Positions 1 to 11,989 of a stretch of 64,000 nt of DNA are shown here, piece after piece (position 1 is the first letter of the stretch; every line of letters begins with the position of its first letter). Origin of the DNA: Salminus brasiliensis (taxonomy: Eukaryota). Position numbers and translations under genes: made by a program. The stretch lies in NCBI RefSeq assembly GCF_030463535.1, contig NC_132885.1, forward strand, positions 19,729,786-19,793,785, in the 5' to 3' direction. Under the pieces are notes generated by a model, which had not been told where the DNA came from, searched no databases, and was given only the letters and a program-made list of their open reading frames with translations.

Positions 1-560
1 GGCGCGACAGGCCTGTTTCACACTGAGCCATTATAACGGTAATCTTCGGGTCTGTGTGAATAACGTAGCGGAGACCTCAGTATTTCAGCGGACGAAGGCT
101 GCTCTCGATGTGCGTGTAGGTTGAACCCACTGTCACTGATGTGACTCTTCAGCGACCGCGGCTTCATTTAGCTACGCTGCTGGGTAATATTTCGAGATTA
201 GCTATAGCACTACTTATTCGCGAATGAAAACTCAATGTCGTAGCTAGCAGATTTTTGTTTTAATTTCCGTCAAACTTGTCCGGCTCATGGTGAAGAATCA
301 AATGCCTGGCGTTATTTAAAAAAAAATAATAATAAAAAAATAAATAAATAAAAGGTGCTACTAGCTAACGTGAGCTAGCTGCCCAGCTAATGCATCGCCC
401 TCTCCAGCAAAGCGAGAACAGCGAGTTTACAGTCGAGGAAACGTTCAGAGCACGACGAGGACCGAGCACCGAGGACCATGGACGGGAATGATTTAGCTAG
501 GATTCGCACGGTATGTGGACACACTGGGGAGCTGGACGCAGTGTAACGTTACAGTACTGT
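1..560 (+). promoter_or_regulatory. CpG-rich 5' flank / putative promoter of man1a2
   Basis: CpG dinucleotide density is higher than in the rest of the window (ggcgcg, cgaccgcgg, ttcgcgaatg, cacgacgagg, accgagcaccgagg). It lies directly upstream of the first coding exon on the same strand. No experimental TSS is available. Confidence 0.35.
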
Positions 561-1090
561 TGGTGAAATGTTAGTAGCTAAATGTCGCTAAGTGGAGCGG
601 TAGCGGGGGTTTGCTGCAGTTGGCCGTTTTAAAAAAGCCGCTCTAGTACGAGCCGACTATGATATTTATCTCCCTCTTTAAAACTGATACAAATGTAGTT
701 TAATGTGTTTTAAAAGTGTTTAGTTTAATGGTTAATTATTCAAGTCGCACCGAGGTATCACTCATCTGCCTTCGTATATAATGTGAAGATGTAGTAGATA
801 GCTAGGATAGCTATCTAGCACTAATGGTGACGTGTAACGTTACCTGACGTTACCTGAACTACTGCTAGTGCTAGTGCTAGTTAGCTAGCTGCTGTGCAGA
901 TGTCTTAGCTTTTCGCTAGTGCTAATGGTCGTCTCTTTCTCCCCCGGCTTAACAGGACTAGCTAGGTCTCAGCTGCTTCGTGGTCCATGTTTCTGTATCA
1001 AGTTTGTGTGTCGTTTCGAGAATATTAGCTAGCTGTGTTATTAGCTAGTGCTAGCTATCATCCTCCTCCTCCTCCTCCTCCTCTCCTCAT
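560..1090. repeat. Low-complexity block rich in GCTAGC/TAGCTA/CTAGCT palindromes, plus a (CCT)n run at 1060-1088
   Basis: About 16 occurrences of tagcta/gctagc/ctagct-type hexamers, e.g. tagctaggatagctatctagc, ctgctagtgctagtgctagttagctagctgc, attagctagctgtgttattagctagtgctagctatc. Also a tandem acgttacctg duplication at 833-852 and atcctcctcctcctcctcctcctc. Confidence 0.6.
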
Positions 1091-1446
1091 GCTTCTGCTT
1101 GCAGTTTGCTCAGATATCTCTGGATCTGTTAGCTTGCTTGCTCTTTGACCGCCCTCACTGAAGGAAGTGAAATTGCCATGGAAACTGAAAATCCATTTTT
1201 CTGAAAATCCAAATCCCCCATGCCTGTCAAATGTATCACCGCATCCAGCGAAAAAAATGCTGTCCTCTTTCTTTTCAGAGCCAAATGATGCAGATTTTCT
1301 GATGGACGAGACATTCTTCCTGTCCTGGAGCTAAACGACAGCTTGGCAGTTGGACGTGCGTTTGCTGCGATGAGATAAGAGTGGCCCTACACGAGACAAC
1401 TTTGACGTTTGTCCATCCATTTTTTTCCCCCTTCTAATATCAAAAT

Positions 1447-1716
1447 ATGACCACGCCGGCTCTTCTGCCACTCTCGGGACGTAGGATACCCCACTCTGTC
1501 TCCAGGTGCCTCATCGTTCCCCCACCACAGAGCGACCTTGCGGCTCTCCGAGAAGTTTATTCTCCTCCTCATCCTCAGTGCCTTCATCACCCTTTGCTTT
1601 GGAGCGTTTTTCTTTCTCCCGGACAATTCCAAACACAAGCGCTTTGACCTGGGTTTGGAGGACGTTTTGATACCGCACATTGAGCCGGGGAAGGAAGGAA
1701 GACATAGCAGTGGCAG
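1447..1716 (+). CDS. man1a2: man1a2 coding exon 1: cytoplasmic tail plus type II signal-anchor TM segment
   Basis: ATG at 1447 gives MTTPALLPLSGRRIP, identical to the remembered N-terminus of vertebrate MAN1A2. From 1493 the next reading frame gives TLSPGASSFPHHRATLRLSEKFILLLILSAFITLCFGAFFFLPDNSKHKRFDLGLEDVLIPH, matching MAN1A2 SFPHHRATLRLSEKFILLLILSAFITLCFGAFFFLPD. The two segments are one nucleotide out of register in the C4 run at 1489-1492. Only the cag|GTCATA donor at 1716/1717 (phase 2) joins in frame to exon 2 (..HSSG-R-EEEE..). The consensus donor cag|GTGAGA at 1757/1758 is out of phase. Confidence 0.6.
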
Positions 1717-2040
1717 GTCATACACGGGCAAGGAGGACACGATGAGCATCGGCACAGGTGAGAGATTTTCAAATGGCAAAAGATATGGCAGCATTACATT
1801 TCAGGTTTCGACCACAGGGCTTCTCTTGACCAAGTACTTGGGGACGGACACTTCTAAGCACAGTGATACCACCAGCTGGTAGGTGTTTGCCAGTCTATGG
1901 GACGCCAGTGCAAGTAAAGCAGGTGCAACAGTGTTTCTGGGTTGTTTTTGTTTCTTTTTTAACACATTATTCCATATCCCCAAAGATATTCAGCCAAGAG
2001 GGTCTCTGTGATCAGAAACTTACAGTTGATGAAGGACTAA

Positions 2041-2077
2041 AAGATGATGATTGTGATGATGATGATGATGATGATTA
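2041..2077. repeat. (GAT)n microsatellite
   Basis: gatgatgattgtgatgatgatgatgatgat. Confidence 0.9.
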
Positions 2078-3167
2078 ACACACATTGTGCATCAGCAGAT
2101 GGACCGCTGTCTCTAACTGTGCACTTGCAAGGTTGAGCTTCAAGGTCAGGGCTTCTCATTAAGTTGGCTGTGGGTGAATGTAGTCGTTGTTTTGTCTATG
2201 GACTAAAGTGCCTGGTGTTGAAGAAACCACTTGTGTAAAGTAGGTCTGTAAACTCTGGTGGTTGTGGTGTTTACCAAACTTATAATTAGTTTGTGTTCAC
2301 ATTTATTCTATATACTTTTATTCTACTTCATGTTTAGTTCTCCTAATTGTGGTTAATTGTACTATGTGGGTTGCAAATCTGTGTTGGCTAATCTTAGACT
2401 AACTGACCTCTAACCATATAGCTGGCAGCTTTTTTTGGAATCTGATACTCTGGAACAGCAGAAGGTATAGCAAAACTGGGCCACTGGGCTTAAATGTCTG
2501 CATATTTTTTGTCTTTACTGCATTGTTAACCTTCAGCATGGTGTTGAAACCGTTACTGTTGCAGGTAGTTTCAGTTTAGCTCTGTTGTCTTTTTTTATTA
2601 ATATTTATGCATTCATGTCGTTATTGACAGCAGTGTTCATGAACATGATTTCTGCATCAGCTCAGAATTCCCATATTGGTGCCTCTCTGGACCTTCCACG
2701 TTGTTTTGTGTGAAAGGTTTGGTATAATGAGTTTTTCTGATGATAAATAGTCAGCCAACCAGTATTTTACTGCATTTGTGGTTTTTCTGCACACCTGCTG
2801 ATCTCAAATAGATTCAGGAATGGAGAAAAGGAAGTAGTCATGCGTTACTCATTACACGAATTGGTTTAAATGCATTTGGGAATAACAATATTAATAAAAA
2901 AAACGAGCTGATGACTGATCAGAGGCTATTGTTGTTTTGGATGTAGTCGTGCAGGAGATTCTGTACTCGATTTGAGAACACACTCATTACAGAGAAGGAT
3001 CAATAGTAAGAATTGCTTTCATGTAGGCCATGTTACAGTGCTACTGAATCATAAAACAGAGATGATTCATTTACATTAGTGATGATCCAAACTCATTTCT
3101 TGTATTGAGTCTGGGGTTTAAAGGGGTCAATATATTTCCTTTATGAGACTATGCTTCTTAACTGTAG

Positions 3168-3190
3168 CCCCCCCCCCCCCCCCCCCCCCC
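3168..3190. repeat. C23 homopolymer
   Basis: 23 consecutive C. Confidence 0.95.
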
Positions 3191-4004
3191 AAAATCCAAT
3201 TAGAATTAGAGTTTAGTGATATCCACTTGTTGACTCGACTGACACGATTCATCCCTAGGAAATGTATATGGATAGTGGGTGCTTGATGAATGTGTTTCTA
3301 TCTGTGACTACAACTGTTTTTCGGCACATTTAGCAGAATGGTTCATCCAGGTTCCTCGCTATCCTTGTTATTTTGAATGACTCAAGCAGTTTGCCCAACT
3401 TCCTATTACCACAGGCCGTTTTTCACACCAGTTTTTTTTTTTGTGTGTGACCTCACCAGTTAGTAAGCTCCCGCAGTGCCCCCACATTATACAGTTTAAA
3501 TATCGTGCTTATTTGGAGATACTGGCATTATTTTTAAATGCAGCCTTCTGTTATGCCGCATAACTCAGAATAAGGGTGCATGTCAGGGAGAGAGGTTGTT
3601 TTATTAACTGATTACCTTCATTTCTAAACGGGTGCAGGCTTGCTTTATTTATTTATTTATTTTATGATTAATGAGTGTCAAATAAAAAAATCTTACAAAT
3701 AATTGAGAGACATAGACAGATCTGTCAAGTTTAATGTTGGGCTGGACGTTGAGTGTTCAGGAACCTAAGGCATCTATTTATCAGTATATGAATTTTGATA
3801 GTGTGTGTGGATGTATGTTAGAAAAGCAAAAGCAAATTCCAAAAGACCCTGAAATGGATCTCTGCGATACTGAAAGATTAAATCTAGGACTGAGTTAGAA
3901 GCTCCCTGTTGAAGGTGATTCCATCTCATCCTGTCCGCTATTGAGCTCTGATGGGGCTGTTGTTGTGACAGATTGTCATCACCACAATGTTTGGGTGCCT
4001 TTTT

Positions 4005-4310
4005 TCTGCAGTGTGTTTACACTGATGGCATTATCCAGAGTGACTCAGACCCTGTTTACACCTGGTCACTTTATGTGACTAGTATATGGATTGTGTGCTA
4101 ATAAGATTTTAACCACATGCATTTACACTGGTAGTCAAATGCATCAGACTGAAATCCAATTACTGCATGGGATGGAATATGTAAATTTATGTAAATTACT
4201 GGTGTTATACTGGGAGGGGTTTTGGTTGTCGAATGTGTCTTGGAAAGATTAATGTGTTTTACACTGCTATGAATTCTGAAGTGGTTTGAGTGATCAGATT
4301 TTCATCTGTT
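4005..4310. repeat. Dispersed repeat, copy 1 of 2 (family not identified, possibly a non-autonomous DNA element)
   Basis: Shares attactggtgtt..ggttttggttgtcgaatgtgtcttggaaag..agtggtttgagtgatcagatt with 11990-12200. Has internal tttacactg sub-repeats. Confidence 0.45.
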
Positions 4311-6035
4311 TTTTTTATAATATATAAAAACATTTGAATTTGTATGTGTCTTGGCCTCATCCAAATAATCTTGATGGTTAAGAAGCATAAAGTAACAAGA
4401 TGTAAACAGAGTCTTGCATTTCTATCATGTTACACAGGTCATGTTAAACAGGTGTAGTGTTATGAGTCTTGCCCAATGGTGTAGGACAGTGTGTTTTCCC
4501 GGCCAAGGTATCCAAGCATTGTCTACCAAAGAGAGGGCAGTCTTGTTACCTACTTCTCTGCGCCAACCACAGTATGTGATGCCACTGCCACTTCCCTAAC
4601 AATAAGTGAATTTTGCTGGATGGCAGGGAATCAAATTATTGAAATGCAGTGTGAATATTTTATCATGTATCGCTCCCATAGTGAAGCAACACCCTGAACT
4701 CACAGATGATGAGACTCGAATGCACATTAAGTGAAAAATCATTGCAGTGTTTGGCAAAAAATGGTTACTGAAGTAATTACATTTTACAACAATATTTGGA
4801 CTTGTCACTTGTACTTTGTCATGGATCAAAAGTGATCTACAACTCATACGCAATACGCAACTCAACGCATAGACATATAGACTTTAACTCTCCACTGGAA
4901 ATGACACGGTACCGTTTCTTTTCTAATACCAGTACTGAGAACTTAAGTGTTGGCTGGTACCAATCCTGATCCACTGTTTCCAGGCTGTTTCCCTCCAATA
5001 TCCCATCCAGTGCGTTCTGATGATGTTGGCCTAATGCTGATATCTGGTATCATATCAGTTTAGTCTGTATTCTCAACAGTGCTTGAAGTTTCAAGTTAAT
5101 GCCCCAAGATTTTATGCCACCAGCCTTGCACCATTTATCCCGGCAAGGCTGTTGTAGTGATCGTTGCAGCTTCAAGTACTGATCAAATGCCCTGTGTCTG
5201 TCAGAAGGGTCTACTACAGTGGAACATCTTGCTGAGGAAGGAAAGCAAAAGCGACTGTCAGTCTGAGTTGGGAACAGTGGTCCATAAAACCGTAGTCTAC
5301 ATTTCACAGTAACACAGTACACTGAGGTGTGTATCTAGAAATGTTGGTTTTCTAAGGGTTGTCAGTGCAACAGTGGAAATGGAGAAATGACAGACTGTGT
5401 TGTCATCGCATTGAGCGAACAGCAGGAAGCTCTGCAGGGAACAACGGGATGTTTAACAGTACTGGGGGATGGGGTTTTATTCTCAGTGAGGGAACCACAG
5501 TGTAGCTGGCAGCTCCCGCCAAAAGGCATCAATGCCAACTGCTGCAATCTGGACGAGCTGTGGTGTAGAGCAAAGATAACATGCAAAACTGGGTTCAATA
5601 AAAACATTTCCCCCTCTGCTGGACTTTTGAATAAGCTCTAAACTGTTACTGTGCCACTGGGAACATAGCTAATGCAAGTTGCACTGTTTTGGCTGGAAAT
5701 GTGCAAGCATGCCCATACGTTCACAGCTTATGGAAATTCCTCTCATTTCGCAAACGCTGACTCAGTTTGGGCTCAGCGGCGAGGGTAAGTGAGAAGGGAG
5801 TTCAAACAGGCAAATGAGCAGGCTGGGTTAAACAGAGCCCCTCTGCCAGCAGCAAAAACACAGCTAACTTGTAGAATGCTAACTTTTCCCATTCCTGTTT
5901 GTCTCAATGTTAATTCTGGTAATATGGTAATAAACCAACATTGCTGCATCTGTATATTTTAATTTGCTGTTGTACATTTAGAATCTGCCTTTTCTGTAAA
6001 TCTATGCACTAACAGCAAAACAATAGCTCAACATA

Positions 6036-6312
6036 GTGGAGCCAGGTGTCACAGTGGCACTGCAGGTAGTGTGTGTGCTGCACAGGACCTGGGCCTTGGG
6101 TTGTGGGTGTGATCCTCACACCAGTCAGTGTGAGACATTTGGTCTGTTTTTCCTGTGGCGGCTCTTCCAGTTTCTCAAAACACACGGCATGTCAGTTGTC
6201 TTGGCTAAATTGCCCACTAGATGTGAGTGTGCATGGTACCTTGTTCCTGGCACCCTGTCTAGGGGGCATTCCTTGTGCCCCGTGATTCTGGGTATGCATC
6301 AGAGTCCCATAG
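6036..6312 (+). mobile_element. tRNA-derived teleost SINE copy
   Basis: The head gtcacagtggcactgcagg...cctgggccttgggttgtgggtgtgatcc resembles the tRNA-like GGTGGCGCAGTGG...TCCTGGGTTCGAGCCC head of common teleost SINEs. The body (tctcaaaacacacggcatgtcag, ctaaattgcccactagatgtgagtgtgcatgg, ttcctggcaccctgtctaggg) is collinear with the conserved fish SINE body. Confidence 0.55.
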
Positions 6313-9300
6313 AAGCAGATAAAAAGATCTGAGTGGTCCAGTGGACTAAGGCGCTGCTACTGTGATTCTACTTGCCATCAGCAACTGGAGTCCGAGAGAG
6401 CACAATTAGCCTTGCTCTCTCAGGGGCTGACTGTTGGAACGTCTTCCTCGCATCAGATCATGGGGTAGTCCAGTAAGTTTACGTGTTTATCTTTGTCTGA
6501 TCACCAGACGTTACAGCTGTCCTAGCCATTTACTTCAGTGATTCCATGACTTTGTGGGGATCTCTGTGTCAGTAAATTATCTTCAGGATGGGACGCTGCT
6601 GTATCTCTGTGCTCAAGTGCACAACATGGCATTAAAGCCATGGTTTTCAAATGCTGAATATGGTCGCAATAACGGTGGTGAGTTTGTAATTCGCGTCTCC
6701 CAAAGTGCTTCCATGTGTTAGCTTCTAATGCAGAGGGTGCCGTTTGGATTTCTTGCTCATCTGTCTTGTGTCTCTGTTACATGCACGCTACAGTTCTGCC
6801 TTTTATGTTCTGTCAACATTACCTTATCAATTAACATTTAGAAAATTTAGAAAATTCACATCCTTGTTAATGCAGTTTTTAAGCTGCGTTCACACAGCAG
6901 TTAAAAGTGACCAAATCTGATTTATTGCCGATTCCGATTGTACTCTTAATGTGGCGTCCGTCTAAGCAGTTTGGACAAACGAACAAAAACAGAATATCCT
7001 CAACCCAGCTTACATTAAAAAGTAAACATGGTGAGTTTCTGCATTTAACTGTAGAACTGTAGAAGATGATCAAACGGAGAACAGGACGTCCATTTGTTTT
7101 GTTTCCCTGCTGTGAAGAAGAAAGCTAGCAAACCCAGTGCACAAACCCAGACTCGTACTGGATAAAGGGACCAGATCTGCGTGAAGAAGTTCCCTTGACT
7201 GCTTTTCTTCTTTCTCTTTCAGGATCTCCTTGAAATAACCCTGATTTTGAATACCCGTTCATTTGTTTTCTCCTGTAGGAAAGTGCCGTTCTCTCTTTAG
7301 CTTGTGCTGCTAAGTGAAAACCGCAAAGTGTAACCATAGAAATGAGCTTTTTGATAATGCGGGTGAAGTTATAATGGAAAGAAATTGATCTGGCTCTTCA
7401 GACTGGAGCCACATTGTTGCATATTAGCTAGGTATCGGGTTTTAGTTTCGTGACCCTGGCCCAGTCGAAATTGATTAGGGCTGAAACCATTATTCAAGTA
7501 ACTCAATAATTCGATTACGGCTTCGTTTAATTAATGTCTCCAAAGTCCATCTATTTTAAATGTCTCTGCTATCATGTCACTCCTGCATTGTAGACTGGTA
7601 TCATTGTTTAACACCGCCTGTATCGGACTGGTATTGGGTATCGACCAATATGCAAAGTTTATGTATCAGTTTCTGTATCGGAACTGAAAAAGACATATCG
7701 GCGCATCCCTAGTACTAATGAATGCAACAGATGGACAAATTCATTTTTGACTACATTCATTAGCTCATAGATTTACTTCTGAAGATGATTGATCCCTTTT
7801 TATATTAATGATATTTATTCTTTATTCTCAGATGGGCTATTGCAGGGGGTACACCCGTTTTTCCTTAAAATAAAACTAAGAACAAATAGGCTGACCTGTG
7901 AGTGTGACCTAAAAGTGTTGCGTTTGAATAAAAACCTTTTGTGAGGAATAACAGCTAATCGCTTGCTTATTTTAAGAGGCCTTTGATGTTGCATAACAAA
8001 TATTGATATAGTTGTTTAAAAACACAAAAGTATGATTTATCCAATTACTCGATTAATCAATAAAAAATTGACAGAATACTTGATTCCAAAAATATTAGAC
8101 AACACCATATTAAATGTGTATGTGTGTGTGTGTTGGTGGTCATGCAAATAACTGCTATGCAAATAGCAAATTTGTGTGACATATGATTTGGCCCATAGTG
8201 GGCTGATATCGTGACATGTATTTGTGCAGCTAGAGTATTGGTCAGTCTACTCCAGCCTTCATTGACTGGTATGCCTTCAAGACTCGAATCTGATCCTCTG
8301 CCCAGGGGTTCATGTTCCAGTCTTTCAGCACTACAGTCTCAACTTTCTTTTAAAACTGTGTCTTATCTGTTTAGCCAAGTTAAACAGGAAGAATACAAAA
8401 ACAGGGACACTGGACTTGATTCAGCTGACTTTCAGCCAACTGATAGAATGCTAATGTATTTGCATTTTTATGGCTTTGCTGTCTTAAGGGTCACTTGGAG
8501 TTGAATTGGTGTCACTACATGGTGTGTGTGTGGAGTGTTTTGCAGTCAACGAGGAGATGAAATATATAATTTACTAGTTATGATGATTAATAGTGTTTTA
8601 TATGGACTACACATGGCTGCTTTGTTTAGAATATAGTAATAAAGATAATTACATTTCTTTTAACCAGTTTTCTTTTAATGAAGGCTGAAACTCTCTTGCA
8701 TATTATTACCATTTGCTTTGTGTGGGTGGTTTAATTTTTTAATGCACATTTTTAGGGATGCACCGATTTTGATGATAATACCAGATCTTCAAGTCTCTGT
8801 CGATGCTGAGATTTATCTTATCCCAAATAAGATATAACAAGCTTGAAAGGACAGTGCAAGTGTACAGTTACTCAACCAGCAAACAAAGTTAGAGCCATTA
8901 AAAACAATTCAGAAACGCATGCAAGTAGGGAAGCATACTCTTTCTCCGTTCGACCAAACAGCCTTTTAATTGGGGTTTCACATTTCGGAGCCGCGAAAGA
9001 AAGTGTTTATACAGCAATTTCACATTCAGGTATACACCTCTAATGTAAAAAGGTACTAAACTTCAAAGTGAGGTCTTTAAAGAAGTTGCTTAAACTCAAT
9101 TTTTGGTTTCAGAACAAAAATAAAACACACAACAAACAAACACCACAAGAAAGTTTCCATTTAAAGTCTGTTTAATGGTAATAACTGTTTGTGACTGGCT
9201 TTTACTAGTTATTTAAATGTTTGGTTTCAAAACAAAGTATGCAAACAAAAATGTAGGTCGTTAATAAGCTTCATGGTATCAGTGCTCTCTATTGCCCATA

Positions 9301-11989
9301 CTGTGTGCAAGTGACGATATGGTGCAATAAGTAACGCTTCTAGTTTATTCTAGTTTCTGAAAATGCATGCATAATGACCAGTATGTCTCCAGTGTGGTTG
9401 TTGTGCTGAAGAATGTTTCCTTTTCATTTTTGCTGAAATTAAGAAAATCAATTAGTTTTTGCAAGTTAAATTACATAGTTTGGGGAGTTTGCTTAAATCT
9501 GTTTTGTGCATATTGTCTCACACCTCTTTATCATCCCTTACATTGCTGTGTACTGTATTTTATTAAGATATTAAAGAGAATTGAGTGATGGGTGGATATT
9601 AGAAAATATTCTTTCATTATAACTTCCATCAGTGGGCTTAGGTCTTATATGCCTTTTCACATCAGTTTGAATCCATTATTAGTCTATAGGCTGTCCTAAT
9701 ATTAAACACTTATTAATGACGGAAAATGAAATGGTAATTTGCCAGTGCTGTTTTTGTGTTGTTTGTATTGTCCGAAAAAAAAAGAAACTCCGTTTCTAAT
9801 CATGTAATTTATGTTGATCTTTATTTTGCTTGTTTTGTAAAAGTTATTTGCTTGGAACATGTGGATCTGGCAACCCCTAATAGATGCTTCCATCTTTCCG
9901 TCTTTTTAGCTGAAGCATTGTGTACCTGACTGTGGGTCATTTTTCTAATTTGATTCATTTCAGAAATGAGGTTCCTCAAGCTGTTTCTCCAGTACTGTCC
10001 TTGCTTACGTACTGTTATTACACTGAGAAAGACATAGGATAGTCACTGGTACAAACTTTTTTTTTTACAGCATCTGTCTATCTGCTCAAGTCCATTTTGT
10101 AAGTAGACCATCTCCCAGTATCATTTCCTACATATAACCCTGGCCCTATTTAACCTGGATTTCTTGATAAAAGGCCTAAACAGGACCTAAACAAGGATAT
10201 CTAACATTTACGCAGAGGCTGATGTTTTCATTAAGAGATATGGAGGTTTGTGTGAGTCATGGCTACAAGCGATGTGGCACCCTGAATATGGGGCTGATAT
10301 GGATACTGACATAATATGAAACACATCATTGAGAGTCTGCAGGGATCTGTGTGTGGCAGTAGAGAACCAGGGACTTATCTGAAACCAGGAATTGTACCTT
10401 CCCTTCTCATGGCCTGAAGCATTGCAGGAGACTGATATAGGATATAGGGAAACTCCAGTATGTGCACAGTGTGGGGTCTTGACTTTAGAAAGTTTCGATA
10501 TACAAATAGTTGTGACTGCAGAATTGTGGCTTCTTTTGTGAGAGCCTCCTGTTGAGTTTATGCCCGTTTCTTCCCTTTCAGTGATTCACATAAGTAAGTG
10601 TGAGCATTATGAGAACAATGCTGTATTTGTTGTTTTTGGACTCATTTAGGATAGAAGAGACAAAAAGAAAGTATTCGACCAAAGTTGAGAGTTGGACTGG
10701 GGGAAGAAAGATAAGGTTCACGGCTTCCTGGCATTAAAGCCTAATGCTCATCACTGACACAGGATTTCCAGGGAATTGTGAGCCAGTGTACACCACTTAA
10801 TTTTTAGTGGTTGGCTGTTTTACACGTCAGTTAAATAGGCCACTTTCAGGAAAAGTTGGTCATTTTTTTGGTCATGTTGCATTGCAAACTACCAGCCTTT
10901 CTGGTGATGGCATCTGTAGCCCAGCAACATTGCCATGCCATGGATGCAGGTATGCATGAAAGTAACCCTCCACTTCTTTGGCAGTGCCATTAACCAATCC
11001 GTAGTCCTAGCCAGCTGCTCTGCACTGTCTATTTAACAGATTTAGTCTGAGGTCATATCTCTTATTTTTTGTGGTATTCTAGGTTTTAAATGCAGCTTTG
11101 AAATGATTATAGCCTTCATCCAGATAGTCTCACTCTCTTGCTCGCTCGCCACCAATTTACTCATTCTCTTACATGCACTTAGGCACGTGCACAGCCCATC
11201 CCTAACCAGAAATCTAAGAGAGTCTCTTATCTCAGTGCTGATGATCTTGGGGAGGGGTGTTCAATGGCTAGTCTGCAGGCAGGCAGAGGATTTACCCCTT
11301 TTGTCCAGCTTTTTGAAACCATGATTCAACCTCAGAAGTCTTAACCTTGATTCTTCTCTCCTTTACGGCCATAGCCGTTCTTTGAATGTGTGGGGATATG
11401 GAGGGGCGAGGAAGCTTCCAAAGCCAGAAGGCGCACATGCATCCTACATGAAAGACTTTTTATTGTAGTTGCAGTTTCTCCTCCTCCACAATGTGTGTTT
11501 ATTGAATGATTACAGTTAATGGGGGGTTTCTGGGAGAGGATACGGAAGCTTGCATTTCAAAAACATAACCTCATAGGGGAAAGTCAGTTGTTTTTTAAAG
11601 AAGCAGATGTTTAAGATCGGCAGATGTTTACGTCCAATAACATGATGAAAGCGAGGCACATCTTAGCAAGCAGGTTTGGTGCGGATTCCTCTGCCCTTGT
11701 GTCATATCGGTGCACCTCAGAAGGAGGAGCTAGAACATGAGAAAAAAGAAGAAGGGGTGCAAAGAAAGAAAACAAGGACTCCTCATTAAAGATACAAGAT
11801 CCACCCCATGAGAAATGGAGCTTGAGGAATTCTCAGACGGTCACAGTGGATTTGTAGCGGCTTGTTAGTCTTGCCCAAAACAAATCATTAGCTTGTTCAC
11901 CTGGTTCAACAACAGGTGAAAAAAATGGACGATGGTGTGATGCACAGTGGCATGCAAATGTTTAAGCACCCCTGCTCAAAGCTGTTATT

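Noticed and set aside
1447-1647. 66-aa ORF MTTPALLPLSGRRIPHSVSRCLIVPPPQSDLAALREVYSPPHPQCL... as a stand-alone small protein
   Set aside because: Only the first 15 residues are conserved (the MAN1A2 N-terminus). The remainder is the out-of-frame read-through of the man1a2 TM-coding region and is better explained by a 1-nt frame discrepancy.
1758-1759. Consensus GTGAGA donor as the exon 1 boundary
   Set aside because: It has the wrong phase relative to the conserved exon 2 frame unless a further indel exists. Kept as a finding rather than a feature.
6331-6475. Second tRNA-Ser-like head (tggtccagtggactaaggcgctg) immediately after the SINE at 6036-6312
   Set aside because: It is too degenerate to call as a separate SINE or tRNA. 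It is possibly the junction of a second truncated SINE copy. Left unannotated.
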